A stretch of 63,629 bases of DNA, the filler included, from Chiloscyllium plagiosum (lineage: Eukaryota), in assembly GCF_004010195.1 (NCBI RefSeq). It is 4 parts of one record of this genome, joined end to end, with 100 filler letters (N's around TTAATTAATTAA, not from the genome) between each part and the next. Parts side by side here need not be neighbours in the genome. Positions count along the whole stretch, not along the records: positions 1 to 29,300 come from NC_057711.1; positions 29,401 to 33,291 come from NC_057711.1; positions 33,392 to 52,793 come from NC_057711.1; 1 more part is not named here. One strand, given 5' to 3'. The notes below the pieces were generated by a model that was not told the DNA's origin, did not search any database, and worked only from the letters and a program-made list of their open reading frames with translations. Made by a program: the position numbers and the translations under genes. Every line of letters begins with the position of its first letter. Position 1 is the first letter of the stretch. Of the stretch, positions 26,770 through 40,696 are shown piece after piece.

Positions 26770-27190
26770 CCTCACAAACTATTGTCGTGCAATGATGGGC
26801 TGTATACATTCAGTGGAATATTTACACCTGAACAGTTGATTTTGATATCAGCTCCCATATCATTAGAACTAGATGTAGGTAGCATAGTAGTCAAAGATAC
26901 AATGGACATTTTTTACACCACCTGATATCTACATATATTCCAATCACAGGCATTGCCATGTCTAGCTGGTACTGAGCAATTCAGTTATATAATGTTGCAC
27001 CCTTCTCTCAGTGTGTCATGCTGCAAGTGGCTCCAGTAAGACATGAGGACACATTCTGAATAGTGGCAGAAGGAGTTTAATGTGATGTATTGCATTTTGA
27101 TAAAACAATCAAAAGCAAGACTTTTAAAATTAAAAATTGAGTCTTGAGAAGTGTTGTACATAATTGTTTGAAGTTTGTATCACATATTCG
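26770..27190 (-). pseudogene. PKD1-like fragment continuing the 28-kb module
   Basis: FLILKVLLLIV ~ YALWREFLFSV; VLMSYWSHLQHD (27015-27050) ~ VLMLPGDLVGLQHD; LNCSVPARHG ~ LHCSPAPGHPG. Confidence 0.6.
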
Positions 27191-27192
27191 TG

Positions 27193-27493
27193 GGCGGCAC
27201 GGTGGCACAGTGGTTAGCACTGCTGCTTCACAGCGCCGGAGACCCGGGTTCAATTCCCGCCTCAGGCGACTAACTGTGTGGAGTTTGCACGTTCTCCCCG
27301 TGTCTGCGTGGGTTTCCTCCGGGTGCTCCGGTTTCCTCCCACAGTCCAAAGATGTGCAGGTCAGGTGAATTGACCATGCTAAATTGCCCGTAGTGTTAGG
27401 TAAGGGGTAATGTATGGGTGGGTTTCGCTTCGGCGGGTCGGTGTGGACTTGTTGGGCCGAAGGGCCTGTTTCCACACTGTAATGTAATCTAAT
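27193..27493 (+). mobile_element. HE1-type V-SINE, young
   Basis: GGCGGCACGGTGGCACAGTGGTTAGC head, B box, V-domain and AATCT tail. Confidence 0.92.
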
Positions 27494-28070
27494 ATTGATA
27501 GGGTGATTAAGAAGGTGTTTATCATGCCTGCCTTCATTTAATGTAGGAGTTCGGATATTATGTTGAAATTGCACAGAATGTTGGCGAGCCCTCTTCTTGA
27601 ATACTGTGTTCCATTCTGGTGTCCCTGTTATAGGAAATATATTATTAAGCTAAAGAGGGTTCAGATGATGCTTTACGAGGATGTTGCCGGGAATGGAGGG
27701 TTTGAATTATAAGGAGAGGATGGATAGGCTGGGACTTTTTTCACTGGAGCATAGGAGGTTAAAAGGTGACTTTATTGAGGTTTATAAAATAATGAGAGGT
27801 ATAAACAAGGTGAATAGCTAGAGTGGGGCATTTCAAGAGTGTGAGGTGAGGTAAAAGATGTTAAAAAGACTTGAAAGATAGTTCTTTTACACAGAGTGGT
27901 TTTTGTGTGAATGACCGTTTAGAGGATGTGAGTATAGTTGCAATGTTTAAGTACATGAACAAGAAATGTCTGGAGGGATGTGGGCTAAGCGTGGATTAGT
28001 TTAGTTTGGGATTATGGTTGGCATGGACTGATTGACTGAAGGGCCTGTTTCTGTGCAGTAAGACTCTATG
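27494..28070 (+). mobile_element. CR1 3' fragment
   Basis: LEYCVPFW...; GDFIEVYKIMRG; 3' UTR ending gactctatgact. Confidence 0.8.
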
Positions 28071-28079
28071 ACTTTGTGT

Positions 28080-28710
28080 CTCTTAAAGTTACATCATGTA
28101 CTAACGGTGAAAAATGTCAAAACAATTTCTGTGAAACACCAACTTTGCAAGGGCTGTTTGGTATCAAGTGCAGGCACTTTCATTTTAATTGTGTATCACA
28201 ATGTGCTTGCCAGGCACAGGCACTGCTTTCTATATTGTATGTTGTATGTTGTATGTTGTGTGTTGAGGATTGAATTTTGGATGCAACAAATGACATACCT
28301 CAGTAATGGAGTCGTTGGTGAAGCTCGTCAGCCATGGCATGTGTGGTATTCTCTGAAAACCTGCTATGATTGTTGTTTATTCCACAATGTCTAATCCTCT
28401 TGATAATATTGCTCCTTCTTACTTCTAATTTATTTGTTTCTGTACATTGCCCTCCAGTCCCAAAAATAGATGATCATCATTGAAACTATTTTGAGAGTAT
28501 CCAAAAACATTGCAACACCAGACTAAAGCAACAGCTAGTATACTTGTGGAGCTTGTGACCCTTGAAACTATATGGTCCTTGCTGCCACTGGCCATCACAT
28601 TTCAATGCAGCAAATCAGGAGCAACCAGGCAATAGGGAATCTGGTGAAAAATTTTGATATTGTTCTGGAATTGGCCATCAATCTCTCTGGAAACATCTCA
28701 GCCACTGCAA
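28080..28710 (-). pseudogene. PKD1-like module: C-type lectin, linker and Cys-rich segment
   Basis: QYQNFSPDSLLPGC*..ALKCDGQWQQ (lectin-like); DDHLFLG ~ AENLLVG; IIAGFQRIPHMPWLTSF ~ VFPGLRLSREAFLTTA; ACAWQAHC...CLHLIPNSPC ~ ACMPGGRWC...CLPLDASC. Confidence 0.5.
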
Positions 28711-28809
28711 CAGAATCACCAAATCATAGACTTATTATAATACTGAAGGATACAATTTGACCCATTGTGCCTGCACTGGCTCTATTATCGAGTACCAATA
28801 TCTTTTCTC

Positions 28810-29718
28810 CTACCATTCCCTCCATGACTTGCTTGTTAGGTCCACGCACACACACCCCCATCAGCTCTCACCCCATTCCTGGCACCTTCCCCTGCCATCA
28901 CAAAAAGTGCAAAACCTGTGCCAAAACCTCCCCCCACACTTCCGCCCAAGGCCCCAAAGGATCCTTCCATTTCCGTCAGAAATTTACCTGTACTTCCACA
29001 CATGCCTCTGCAGGGGCATGGGAACCCAGACTGTAGCTTTAGGGTGCAGGACCTGGAGTGTAGGGAGGTTAGGAACATGGCATCAATTTCAAAGGAGGAT
29101 GCCTGTAAACAGGAAAGTGGCTTGAAGTGTGTATACTTCAATGCAAGAAGTATACGAAATAAGGTCGGTGAACTTGCAGCGTGGGTTGGTACCTGGGACT
29201 TCGATGTTGTGGCTATTACGGAGACATGGCTAGAACAGGGACAGGATTGGCAGTTGCGGGTTCCAGGATTTAAATGTTTTAGTAGGGAGAGGGGTGGGGG
29301 NNNNNNNNNNNNNNNNNNNNNNNNNNNNNNNNNNNNNNNNNNNNTTAATTAATTAANNNNNNNNNNNNNNNNNNNNNNNNNNNNNNNNNNNNNNNNNNNN
29401 CTCCAGTTTCCTCATTTCCCCTCCCCCCCACCTTGTCTCAGTCCCAACTCTCGAACTCAGCACCACCTTCCTAGCCTGCAATCTTCTTCCTGACCTCTCC
29501 GCCCCCACCCCCACTCTGGCCTATCACCTTCACCTTAACCTCCTTCCATCTATCGCATTTCCAATGTCCCTCCCCCAAGTCTCTCCTCCCTGCCTTTTAT
29601 CTTAGCCTGTTTGGCACACTCTCCTCATTCCTGAAGAAGGGCTCATGCCCGAAACATCGATTCTCCTGCTCCTTGGATGCTGCCTGACCTGTTGCGCTTT
29701 TCCAGCAACACATTTTCA
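28810..29718 (+). mobile_element. Penelope-like element pieces, interrupted by a CR1 ORF2 start (29004-29300) and a gap
   Basis: DLLVRS...PGTFPCHHKKCKTC...QKFTCTS; CR1 LKCVYFNARSIRNK...VVAITETWL; terminal repeat with hammerhead motif at 29627-29662. Confidence 0.8.
29301..29400. other. Scaffold gap with artificial TTAATTAATTAA spacer
   Basis: 100 nt: N44-TTAATTAATTAA-N44, identical in all three gaps. Confidence 0.98.
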
Positions 29719-30099
29719 CCTATAGGTATTTGACCATGTTATGATACACCTTCAATGACTGTCAAGTTCTCAGATGAGACTCGAACTCAGAGCTTTTGCC
29801 TGAGTGGTACGTACTTCCCCAAGAAACTACAGGGGGCCAAATCCCGATATGAAAATTTGTGCAGTGACCAGTATTGAAGTGAGGTGAGTTATGTTATTAA
29901 TGACATGTAAATGCTTACAAAGATAGTCACAACATATTAACAATGTACTGAGCTGAACATGTGAACCTTAAGGGACAAGCAGCATTGTTTCTCAATGCCA
30001 AGATTCGTTTTCTTTTAATCAATTTTGTTGTGGTTTTCCCTCATTTCTCACCATTGCCCATATCACTGAAGAGATCAGAAATTTCTGGCCAAAGTGGCT

Positions 30100-30800
30100 G
30101 GCTAGTAAAGGCTACTCAGTAACAGACAGCAAGATGCTTCCATTAGCATGTCATGCTTCAAGTGGCTCCAGAGAAGATGGAGTCTGAGATCTTTATACCT
30201 TCAGTTCACATGTTATGATGCAGTGATGGTATCATGAGCATGTCTCTTAAATGTACTAACATGCTGATCATCAGACATAACACAACACATTGAGTAGATA
30301 TCATTCTCAAATTAAGGTACAGCTACTGTTGATGACTATTTCATCACAATTCATTACTCGCTGTAGTTGTTCCAGTTATTTCAAATAGATATGAACTCCA
30401 GAGAGATTTACCTCAATAAATTGCACTGTAATATTCAACCAGTTATACAATATTCAGTTGTAGTGTCATTATAATAATTAATTAATTACAATGTCTATTA
30501 TACTTTTGGATATCCAACTCACTAAATCATATTTCTTGACATTCTGAAAATAAACTATAACAATTTCATACATTCCTATGAAACTTTCGACTTCCATGTT
30601 GAATGAAAAAGACTGTAGATTTAATTGTTTTGGATAATTTTCAAATGCATGATACACAAAAAATTGAAAGAGAACTGTTAGGGTTGTTTTAATTTCCAAT
30701 TTGCACAATGATCTAGTTGTGTAACCAGCTTTACCATTCATCATCACCCACAGTGTCAAGAGCAAGGATAGTGAAAATAGACAACAGAATCATTAATTGA
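30100..30800 (-). pseudogene. PKD1-like module remnant (lectin end and linker)
   Basis: TRSLCKLEI ~ HSYVCELQP; EIVIVYFQNV ~ VEVMVFPGL; WSHLKHD, with nucleotide similarity to 27015-27050 (gtcatgct[t/g]caagtggctccag). Confidence 0.4.
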
Positions 30801-30949
30801 TCAAAAGATCAAATTATTAGGTAAGAGTAGGGTATACCGAGTGAATGCAGTTTACATTCAAATGTGATTTCTTTGAAACTAAGCCACCATTGATAGATGA
30901 ACGCATTAAATTACAGAATAATTTTGTGGCTGCATTAGCTTAACCCAGT

Positions 30950-31420
30950 ACCTAAATGACTAGTCCGATGGTTACATGCATGGTTACCATTTTACCTTAT
31001 TTTACAGTTCAAATTCATTGTTATTTCTCTTTCTACCCCCTTTACACCAGTTTGCTCAACAATGAAGCTTGGTGGTCCGCAGAATACAAGGAAACATTGT
31101 AGTTTCAATTTTTCTGTTCTCTAGCCTTAGGATGGTCAGACACTAATATAGGCAAAATATGGAGGTAGGTCCTGAGTCCACTGTAAACAGAATGGGGGAC
31201 GAATGCTGTGGCAAGATACATTTTCATACGCAAAGATCATGAAGGTAGAGACTCCATTTTTATTCCATCTTATGGCTGACCAGAATCTCTATTATTCGTT
31301 TTACGTGCCATCAATGTACCTAAAGGATATTTTAGCTTTTGGCTGCAATACAAATGTACCTTCCTCGGCCATCAAACCCTGACAAATGGAAACCCCAAAC
31401 TTCTGGCTCAGAGGCAGGAA
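30950..31420 (-). pseudogene. PKD1-like fragment
   Basis: SGFDGRGRYICIA ~ PGLRLPGRYEVRA; ILFTVDSG (31170-31193) ~ LVLQVDSG. Confidence 0.55.
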
Positions 31421-32515
31421 CAGATGAACATCGAAACACGGAACAAGAGTAGGCCATTCGACTCTTTAGTCTGCTCTGGCATTCCATAACATCATGAATG
31501 ATTAAAGTCATGCATAATCAGGTTTTAACCTCAACTCTACATTCCTGCATGCCATGATAATTTTTCATACCATTGGGTTGAAACATTTTACCTCCATTTA
31601 ATTAAAAAAGAGGATGTAGGAACTGATTTATAGACATGAGACTATCTGAAAGTCCAGCAGATACACCACAGCCCATATGCCGAGATTGTAATCACACACA
31701 GAGGCTACAGAGGCTAAGCTATACATAAATCATATACAAATTAAACCACAAAGTAAAGCTAGATAAAATTAAATCACAGATGTCCAGACCATTTTGCAAT
31801 GGTAAATAGATATTTAACAAAATAAACATTCAAAAAACAGATTCCATGTTATTGCAAGCTTGGACTGGAAATCCAACCACTTGCTTTATCCTTTGGATTT
31901 GTAAATTTAATTCACATTTCGTCAAAGCCCATGTTCCTTATTCCAACAGATCAAGTAACACATTTCTGAATTTATTTTCGCTAGATACTGTAATTTCAGT
32001 GAGTGTACAATAGTTTCAAGGTCACCATTATTGAGACAAGCTTTTAATTCCAGACTGTATTAATTGAATTTAAATTTTCCCAGCTGCTGTGGTGGAACAC
32101 ATCCCAGAGCATTAGCTTGAATCTCTGAATTTCTAGTCCGTTGCTACTATGTCACCATCTTCTACTTACAGTGAGGAATTTAATGTGCAAGAAGAAATTG
32201 AACTAGAAGCTTGTCATGACAAACTGAATCCGAGGAAATTCACTGAGGTTAGCTTCTAATAAGTGGACAAATGTTGTTTTTGTCCTGCCAGACTTATCTG
32301 GTAATTGTGGTAAAGAGGAAAATTTAGCCTTGAGGACCAATAATGGTCCTTACTTCTTGTAATTTTTGCTAATCTCAGTTTCAATGTAACTTACTTTCCT
32401 TAATCAACATGTATATTACAAGTCTCTGGAGTAGGTGGGACTTGAACCTAGGCTTCTTGGTCCAGGTGTGGGGACACTACCACTGCACCACAAGAGTCCT
32501 CTGAACCTTATTTCT

Positions 32516-33291
32516 AGAACATAGATAGAACATAGAACAATACAGCACAGAACAGGCCCTTCGGCCCACGATGTTGTGCCGAACATTTGTCCTAGCTTAA
32601 GCACCCATCCATGTACCTATCCAATTGCCGCTTAAAGGTCACCAATGATTCTGACTCTGCCACTCCCATAGGCAGCGCATTCCATGCCCACATCACTCTC
32701 TGGGTAAAGAAACTACTCCTGACATCCCCCCTATACCTTCCACCCTTCACCTTAAATTTATGTCCCCTTGTAACACTCTGTTGTACCCGGGGAAAAAGTC
32801 TCTGACTGTCTACTCTATCTATTCCCCTGATCATCTTATAAACCTCGATCAAGTCACCCCTCATCCTTCGCCGTTCCAATGAGAAAAGGCCTAGCACTCT
32901 CAACCTATCCTCGTACGACCTATTCTCCATTCCAGGCAACATCCTGGTAAATCTTCTGTGCACCCTCTCCAAAGCTTCCACATCTTTCCTAAAGTGAGGT
33001 GACCAGAAGTGCACATAGCACTCCAAATGTGGCCTAACCAAGGTCCTGTACAGCTGCAACATCGCTTCACGACTCTTGAATTCAATCCCTCTGCTAATGA
33101 ACACTAATACACGATAGGCCTTCTTACAAGCTCTATCCACCAGAGTGGCAACTTTCAAAGATCTATGAACATAGACCCCAAGATCCCTCTGCTCCTCCAC
33201 CTTACTAAGAACCCTACCGTTAACCCTGTATTCCGCATTCTTATTTGTCCTTCCAAAATGGACAACCTCACACTTGACAGGGTTGAACCCC
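32516..33291 (-). mobile_element. Young CR1 3' part
   Basis: Uninterrupted 202-aa ORF2 C-terminus plus tail; runs into a gap. Confidence 0.95.
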
Positions 33292-33391
33292 NNNNNNNNN
33301 NNNNNNNNNNNNNNNNNNNNNNNNNNNNNNNNNNNTTAATTAATTAANNNNNNNNNNNNNNNNNNNNNNNNNNNNNNNNNNNNNNNNNNNN
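33292..33391. other. Scaffold gap with artificial spacer
   Basis: N44-TTAATTAATTAA-N44. Confidence 0.98.
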
Positions 33392-34760
33392 CTGCCAGGA
33401 ATAGTCACGCCTCTCAGGCTCGCATCCTTCCTGATGGATTCGGCAAATGGCTCTATGCAGCACACTAACAAGGCAGGAGAGAGAGGGCAGCCCTGCCTGG
33501 CTCCAGATCTGACTGGGAAGCTATCTGATTCCCACCCGTTGATTGAGACTGCACTGACAATGTTGGTGTAGAGCAGTCTGATCCAATTGCAGATTCCCTC
33601 CCCAAAGCCCATTTTGGAGAGAACATCTCTCATATACCTGTGTGATAACCTGTCACAGGCTTTCTCCTGGTCCAGGCTGATCAGGCAGGTGTCCAACCCT
33701 TCTGTCCTGCACATAGGCGATCGTATCCCTGAGGAGCGCGAGCTCTCAGCGATCTTCCTGCCCGGCACAGCACAGGTTTGGTGAGGGTGAATCACTGACC
33801 CCAGAGCAGACCTGACCCGGTTAGCAATGACCTTTGACAGACTTTTGTAATCTGCATTCAACAGTGAGATTGGTCTCCACTTTTTGAGTTCCTCCCTCTC
33901 CCCCTTCTGCTTGTAGATGAGGGTGATGATGCCTTTCCTCATGGATTCACTCATGGTACCTGCCCGAAGCATACTGACATACACCTCCAGCAGGTCCTGG
34001 CCAATCAAGTCCCACAGAGCGGAATAGAGCTCGACAGGTAAGCCGTCGCTTCCGGGAGTTTTGTTCTTTTCGAAGAACTCGAGGGCCTTGGGCAGCTCGT
34101 CCAGAGATAGAGGCTGGTCGAGCCTCTCTCGTGTTCTGTCGTCTAAGACCTCCGTGATAGAGGACAGGAACGACTGGGAGGCCGTGCTGTCGGTCGGCTT
34201 CGTGTCATACAGACTGGCATAGAAGGATTTACTGATCCTCATGACGTCAGTCTGAGATGACGTTAGCGAGCCATCTTCTTCCTTCAGGCTGCTGAGCACA
34301 GAGCTCTGGAAGAAGAAACGTGAGCACCCTGGACCGGAAGATTATCTTGGAGGCCTCCGAGGCAAAGAGCGAGGCTTGCTGGCCCTTCACCTCCTTGAGG
34401 TCCTCCGTGACATCCACTCCCATCGTCTGCAGCAGGAGCAGATTCTGCATACTTTCCTGGAGCTGGGACAGTTTTCCCCGTCTCTCTCTCACCTCCTGAA
34501 CACCTTTGAGGATGAAGAACCTCTTGATGTTCCCTTTTATTGCTTCCCATCAGTCCGCTGGGGACTCAAAGAGGGGCTTCACGGTTCTCCAACCTGCGTA
34601 GTCCCTCTTGAGCTCCTCAATGTTTCCCGGGGTCAACAGCTTTGTGTTCAGCTTCCACGTTCCCTTACCAGCCCGCTGCTCATCCTGTAGGTGACAATTG
34701 GCCAGCAGGAGGCAGTGCTCAGAGAAGAACACCGCCTTGACGTCAATGGATCTGACCGAG
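33392..34760 (-). mobile_element. Tx1/L1-clade LINE ORF2 fragment (endonuclease end and RT)
   Basis: FFSEH.LL, GKGTWKLNT.LL, KTPGSDGLPVELY, WRPISLLNADYK, SLDQEKA.D, GARQGCPLSP.L...IEP. Confidence 0.9.
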
Positions 34761-35229
34761 GGCTCAATCCTAACACAGAATTTATAGCAAAAATTTACAG
34801 TGTGATGTAACTGAAATTATATATTGAAAAATTGATTGTCTGTTAAGCCTTTCATCTGTTAGAATACAGTGATAGTTTCACTTCTTTCTTGTGTAAATCA
34901 CAAAATGGTGATAGCTAGACAATATATTGAAGGTGTTGGCCCCCTGTGTTCTCTGTCTATTCCATGATGTTTAGATTGATTCTAATCTAAAAAGTGAGAT
35001 AACGGAGTTTTACATAAATTCATGCAGTTTTTGAGCTCAGAGTTCTACATGAATGCATGCAGTTTTTGAGCAAAGTATAATGTAACTCTGCAAGTACAAA
35101 TTCACCCCACAAAATATATGTGTACATGTGGGTCTTTGTCTCTCTGTGTGTGTGTCTGTCTGTCTGGGTTGGGGGTTGTGAGTGTGAGAAAGTGTATGTG
35201 TCCAGACAATCTCACAATCTCTGACCCTT

Positions 35230-36000
35230 TGTTTCAGTTGTACAGAGCATTATTGAGATTGCAGATGGCGCACTGTACAGTATTAGTAACAGTACTTATG
35301 GAATAATCATAATGCATTGGAAGCAGTTAAGAGAAGGTTTACTAGGCTAATACCTGGAATGAGTGATTGTGTTACAAGGAAAGGCTACACAGGCTAGGCC
35401 TGTGACCTGTGAAGTTTAGAAGAGTCAGAAATGACTTAATTGAAATATGTAAGATCCTGAGGGGACATGACGAATGAATGTGGAAAGATGTTTCCTCCTG
35501 TGGGAGAGTCTAGAACTAGGGGTCATAGTTTAAAAATACGCAGTCACCCATTTAAGTCAGAGAGGAGCAAACATTTTTTTTCTCTGAGGGTTGTGAGTCT
35601 TTGGAATTCTCTTCCACAAAAGCCAGTAGATATAGAACCTTTTAATATTTTTAAGGCAAAGGTAAACAAAATATTGATTATGAAGGAAATGAAAAATTAT
35701 TGGGGATATGCAGAAATGTAGAGTTGAAGTCAATATCAGATTAGCCTATTAAATGGCAGACCAGGTTCAAAGAGTTGAGTGGCCTACTCTTGTTTGTGCA
35801 TTCTTTTCCTTTTATTCGATATATGCTTATGGGGTCATTGAATATTCTTAAGATTCTTGTTGAGCAAGAGAGTCAAGAGTTTTGGGAGTAAATGGAGTTG
35901 TGAAATTCAGAACATAAACAGATCAGCCATGATCTTACTGAATGGTGGAGCAGGCTTGAGCAGCCAATTAGTCTACACCTGCTCCAATGTTCATATGTCT
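35230..36000 (+). mobile_element. CR1 3' fragments
   Basis: ESRTRGHSLKI...FFSLRVVSLWNSLP; two 3' tails. Confidence 0.8.
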
Positions 36001-36009
36001 GTTTGTTAT

Positions 36010-37100
36010 CTAGCTTTCACTTAAATGCATTTATGATAATTCTATTTACTATTTCTTTCATAATGCAAGTTGTATAAAGTAATAGTTCTGAAAAGGTTAA
36101 TGTTAGTGTCACTTTGGCATAACCTGATGTCTCACAGTTTGTGGGTGGAGACAAGGAGTTCTACTCCAGCTTGCAGAGGGAACAGATGTATCTGCACTAG
36201 CTCCCTAAGGACATAGTAATTATGCCCAACCAAATGTAGTTATTCTTATTGATATCATGCAATAAACCTTTTTGTTATCTAAGAACAGTGCCACTTCTGC
36301 AGATATTCCACAATGCATCTTCTAGCACTGATCTTCTCAATTCAAAATATATCATTTATTCACAAAATGAGTGAATAAAGATTTTGAAAAACGTTTTGCC
36401 TTGAATAATATATTTTGCAAGAAGATTCAACATTCCCAGAAATTGTGTTCCATTCGATGCAATTATAACTGTCCCAATAGTTGCAAAGTACTTTTGACAC
36501 CAAGTATATTAAATGAAGGCAAAAGTATTTTCAAATTAGAATTAGCAGGAGGTGCGATGGAAATGAAGTCCTCCATGCAGCATGGTCCACTCAAGTGCTT
36601 CAGTACATTTTTAATGCTCTTGATACATTCTTGATAAGATACACGGCGTTGAGGGTATGACTGAAAGCACTTGGGCAATGCCCTTCTCCCGTTGCACCAG
36701 GATATTTTAAGAAGACAGAAGAGCAAGCTAATGCTCCTTCAGGCACAGTTGATGATTGTTTTATGTACTCCCTGAGGCAAATCCTTGGAGACCAGTGTTC
36801 TATGTCAAGAGACTACTTGGGATAAACCTCGACAAAAAAATAAATTAGCTCTCTCCTACTTCTACCAATAATCAGAAGATAGACTCAAGACAAAGTGAAA
36901 AAAAGGAGGATTTGAGCTACCTCAAATAATCCTTACCCTGTACCACATACTAGTATAATTGGCAAATTCCACCAGAATGGTCATCTGGGAAAATAGCATT
37001 TTTTTTCCAAATTCTGACCACTCTTGATGAGAAGCATGGTAAGAATAACAACAGCAGTGATTAGCAAAGGTTTTATTTAAATATGTAGCAAAGCAGTGAT
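36010..37100 (-). pseudogene. PKD1-like module: PKD-like end followed by a C-type lectin remnant
   Basis: TILVEFANYTS (PKD terminal strand-like); HCP...FQSYPQRRVSYQ ~ CP...FPGNGHCYR; HCS*ITKRFIA*YQ ~ CSAPHSYVCELQ; LFPLQ ~ LTPLA; NINLFRTIT matches MIFGTIT of the 57-kb copy. Confidence 0.45.
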
Positions 37101-38807
37101 CCAGAAGGCATGAAGGAAAAAGAATTGGAATCAAGTGGTTGAAATTTGGCTATCACTTTGTGAGTAATGGAACATTTTAAGAATACATCTTGCATAAATT
37201 GCTCAAATTCTTAAAGGATGACACATGAATAAAACTAATTAGTGTATGGTGATCAGCAAATAACAATTAAAAGAGAATGAAACCAATGAAACAATTTAAT
37301 GTTTGAAAGGGTAAAATTATTTAAAGCTGCAATCTAGTCCTGTCCTATCAGAAGACAATAAGAAACATAAGTTTTTGCACATGACACAATCAGTATAAAA
37401 TTGCTGATGCAATTAAAGGTAATTCCTCTGAATGGCAGCTTTTGTTTATCAGCTTACTCATGCTAAAAATTTGAAATTTGATTTTGATTTCCCTGCCCAC
37501 ACATGTAACAAACTCTCATGAAGCACCAACACCACTGTGTAAACTATATAAGATAAGCAGTGAGTCATAGGCACAGTTGGTCTGCAGTCAGGCCAAAGGG
37601 TTCACAGGTGTCATTGAAACATAGTAAATATATGCAGGAATAGATCCTTCAGCCCTTCAAGCCTGCATTCAATATTATCATGGTTGATCGTGCAATTTCA
37701 GTATCCCATTTCCACTTTCTCTCCATACCCCTTTAGTCACAAGGGCCATGTCCCGCTCCCTCTTGAATATATGTAATGAATTGGCCCCAAATGCATTCTG
37801 TGGTAGAAACTTCTACAGGTTCACAAGTATCTGAGAGAAGAAATTCTTCCTCATCTCAGGCCTTAATGGCTTACCCCATATTCTTAGACTGTGACCCCTA
37901 GTTCTGGACTTTCCCAATATCAGGAACATTCTACATCTAGCCTGTCACTCCCATCAGAATTTTACATATTTCTGTATAAATGCCCCCACATTCTTCTAAA
38001 TTCCAGGGAATGTAAGCCCAGTCAATATAATCTTTCTTCAGATGTCAGTTCTGCCATCCTGGGAATCAGTCTGGTGAACCTTCGCTGGATTCCTTCAATA
38101 GCAAGAATGTCCTCCTCAAACAAGAAGATCAAAATTGCTCTCAATACTCAAAGTGTAGCCTCAGCAAAGTCCTGTATAAATGCGACAGGATATCCCCACT
38201 TCTGTACACAAATCCTCTCACTATGTAGGCCAGCATGCCATTAGCTTTCCTCACTGCTGCTGCACCTGCATGCCAACCTTCAGCAACTGTTCCATCATGA
38301 CACCCAGGTCTCATTGTACCTCACCTTTTCCTGAGCTGCCAGCATTCAGATAATAATGTCTTTCTCTTTTTGCCACCAGGGTGGATATACTCATATTTAT
38401 CCACTTTATGTTGCAATTACCAAGTATTTGCCCACTCAGCTAGCCTGTGCAAGTCACCCTGCAGCCTCTTAGCTTTCTCCTTACAGCACACACTGCCACC
38501 CAGCTTAGTGTTGTCTGCAAATTTGGAGATGTTGCATTCATTTCCTTCATCCAAATTGTTAATATATATTGTGAACAGCTGGGGTCCCAGCACTGAACCC
38601 TGTGGCACCCCACATGTCTGCCACTCTGAAAAAGGCCTGTTTACTCAATCTTCCTGCCTACCAACCAGTTCTCTATCCACGTCAATACATTACCTCCGAA
38701 ACTATAAGCTCTAATTTTCCTTCCTAATCTCTTGTGAAGAACCTTGTCAAAAGATTTTTGAAAGTCCATTTACACAACAACGACTGAATCATCCATGTCC
38801 ACTGTAA

Positions 38808-39627
38808 AATTTAGAATTTATAGAATTCATTGTGATGTGTACTTTTACAAGAAAAATACAATGAAAAGTGTTATAAGTCCCCCTACCATGGTGCCTATAT
38901 CATTGATAGAAGTCATAAGTAAATTCATAAGTAACAATTAAAGTAAGTTTAAGACAAATGTTCTATTTAAAGTAAATTTAAGACAAATTAAAGTCTATTT
39001 AGCGGCTCCTGGTCTTGGAGGAAGTCAATCAAGAAACGATACACACAGCTGGAATGAGACCATCAACCCATGATGAGATCGCCACACCAGGATGAAACCA
39101 AAACACCAGGATGAAGAAAAACTGGACCGAAAGCCTCCACCAAAGAAAACCTTCAGCAAGACCGCCACTCCTGAATGAAAGCAACATGCTGAGCCATTGG
39201 ATCACTGGACCAGAAACATATGCCAAAGAAAGTGCCAATGGATCCAGATCACCACCCCTAGAAGAAAACGCCAAACCAGGTTGTCGGAACATCAGGTTGG
39301 AAGTGTTTGATGAAGATTAAGTTGGACCGCCAATCAGACCTCCACACTGGGATAAAAGGCGCTATGTCAGGAGATCACTCTGCATCGTCATGACCACCAT
39401 GCAGAGAAAGACCACTACTCGGGACCACCAGAAGCCACCCCGTCACTGGATCTGGAGAAGCACTCAGGTGAAGCTGTTAAATGAAGGTAAATTGAATTTT
39501 GATGTTTACTATACTAACTGGAAACATTCAAAACAGAGAAAGAGAAAGAAAAATTGTGCAAAAACGAACGGTGGAGATGAGCTACCGGCTCCTCGGCTGC
39601 ACTGCTACTCCACCACCGCCATCTTGG
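38808..39627 (-). mobile_element. Non-coding element nested in CR1, possibly an internally deleted LINE derivative
   Basis: Interrupts the CR1 RT; minus strand begins CCAAGATGGCGG; no RT or transposase motifs seen. Confidence 0.5.
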
Positions 39628-40696
39628 GTGTTTACCATCGACTAGTCACATACTCAAATAATTCCAGAAGATTTGTTAAGCATGATTTCCCTTTTGTGAT
39701 TCCATGCTGACTTGAACTGACTCTGTCACAGCTTTCCAATTTCTCAGTTATTACACCCTTAATAATTTCACCCACCACCGATGTCAGGCTAAGCAGCCTA
39801 TAAATCCCCATTTTCTCTCTCCCTCCTTTTTTTAAAAAGCGGGGTTACATTTAGCTACCCTCCAGTCCATTAGAACACTTCCAGAGTCTATAGAATGCTG
39901 GAAAATGATGACCAATGCATCCACTATTTCTAGCACCACTTCCTTAAGTACCCTGGTATGCAGAGCCTGGGGACTTACCAGGTTTTAATCCCATCAATTT
40001 CCTCAATACCATTTCCTGACTGATAAGGATTTCCTTCCATTCCCCCTTTATGCTTGACCCTCTGGCCCCTAGCATTTCCAGAAGCTTTTTTGCGTCCTCC
40101 TTGGTGAATATGGATCCAAAGTATTTGTTCAACTGGTCTGCCATCTCTGTGTTGTCCATTATGAATTCACATGATTCTAACTGTAAGGGTCTTTTTCTGT
40201 ATCTATAGAAGTGTTTACAGTCAGTTTCAAGTTTTCCACAAGCTTACTTTCATATTTTATTTTTCCCTTCTGAATGAAACCCTTTGTACTCCTCTGCTGA
40301 ATTTTAAACTTCATCCAGCCTCAGATATGCTGCTTTTACTAGCCAATTTATATGCCTCCTCTTTGGCTGTAACACTATCCCTTATTTCCCTTGTTAGCCA
40401 CAGTTAAGTCACCTTCTCTATTTACTCTTATGACAGATAAGGATGTACAATTATTGAAGTTTATCCATGTGTACTTTAAATGTCTGCCATTGTGTATCCA
40501 CCATCAACTTTTAAGTATCCTTGGCCAACTTATCCAAGCCAATGCATGCCTCACATCATCAAAATTATTTTTTTTAAAATTTGGGATCTCAGTTTCAGAT
40601 TTAACTGTGTCACTCTCTATCCTAGAACATAGAACATGGAAGTGTACAGCACAGGAACAGCCATTCAGCCTACTATATTGTGCTGAACCTGACACC

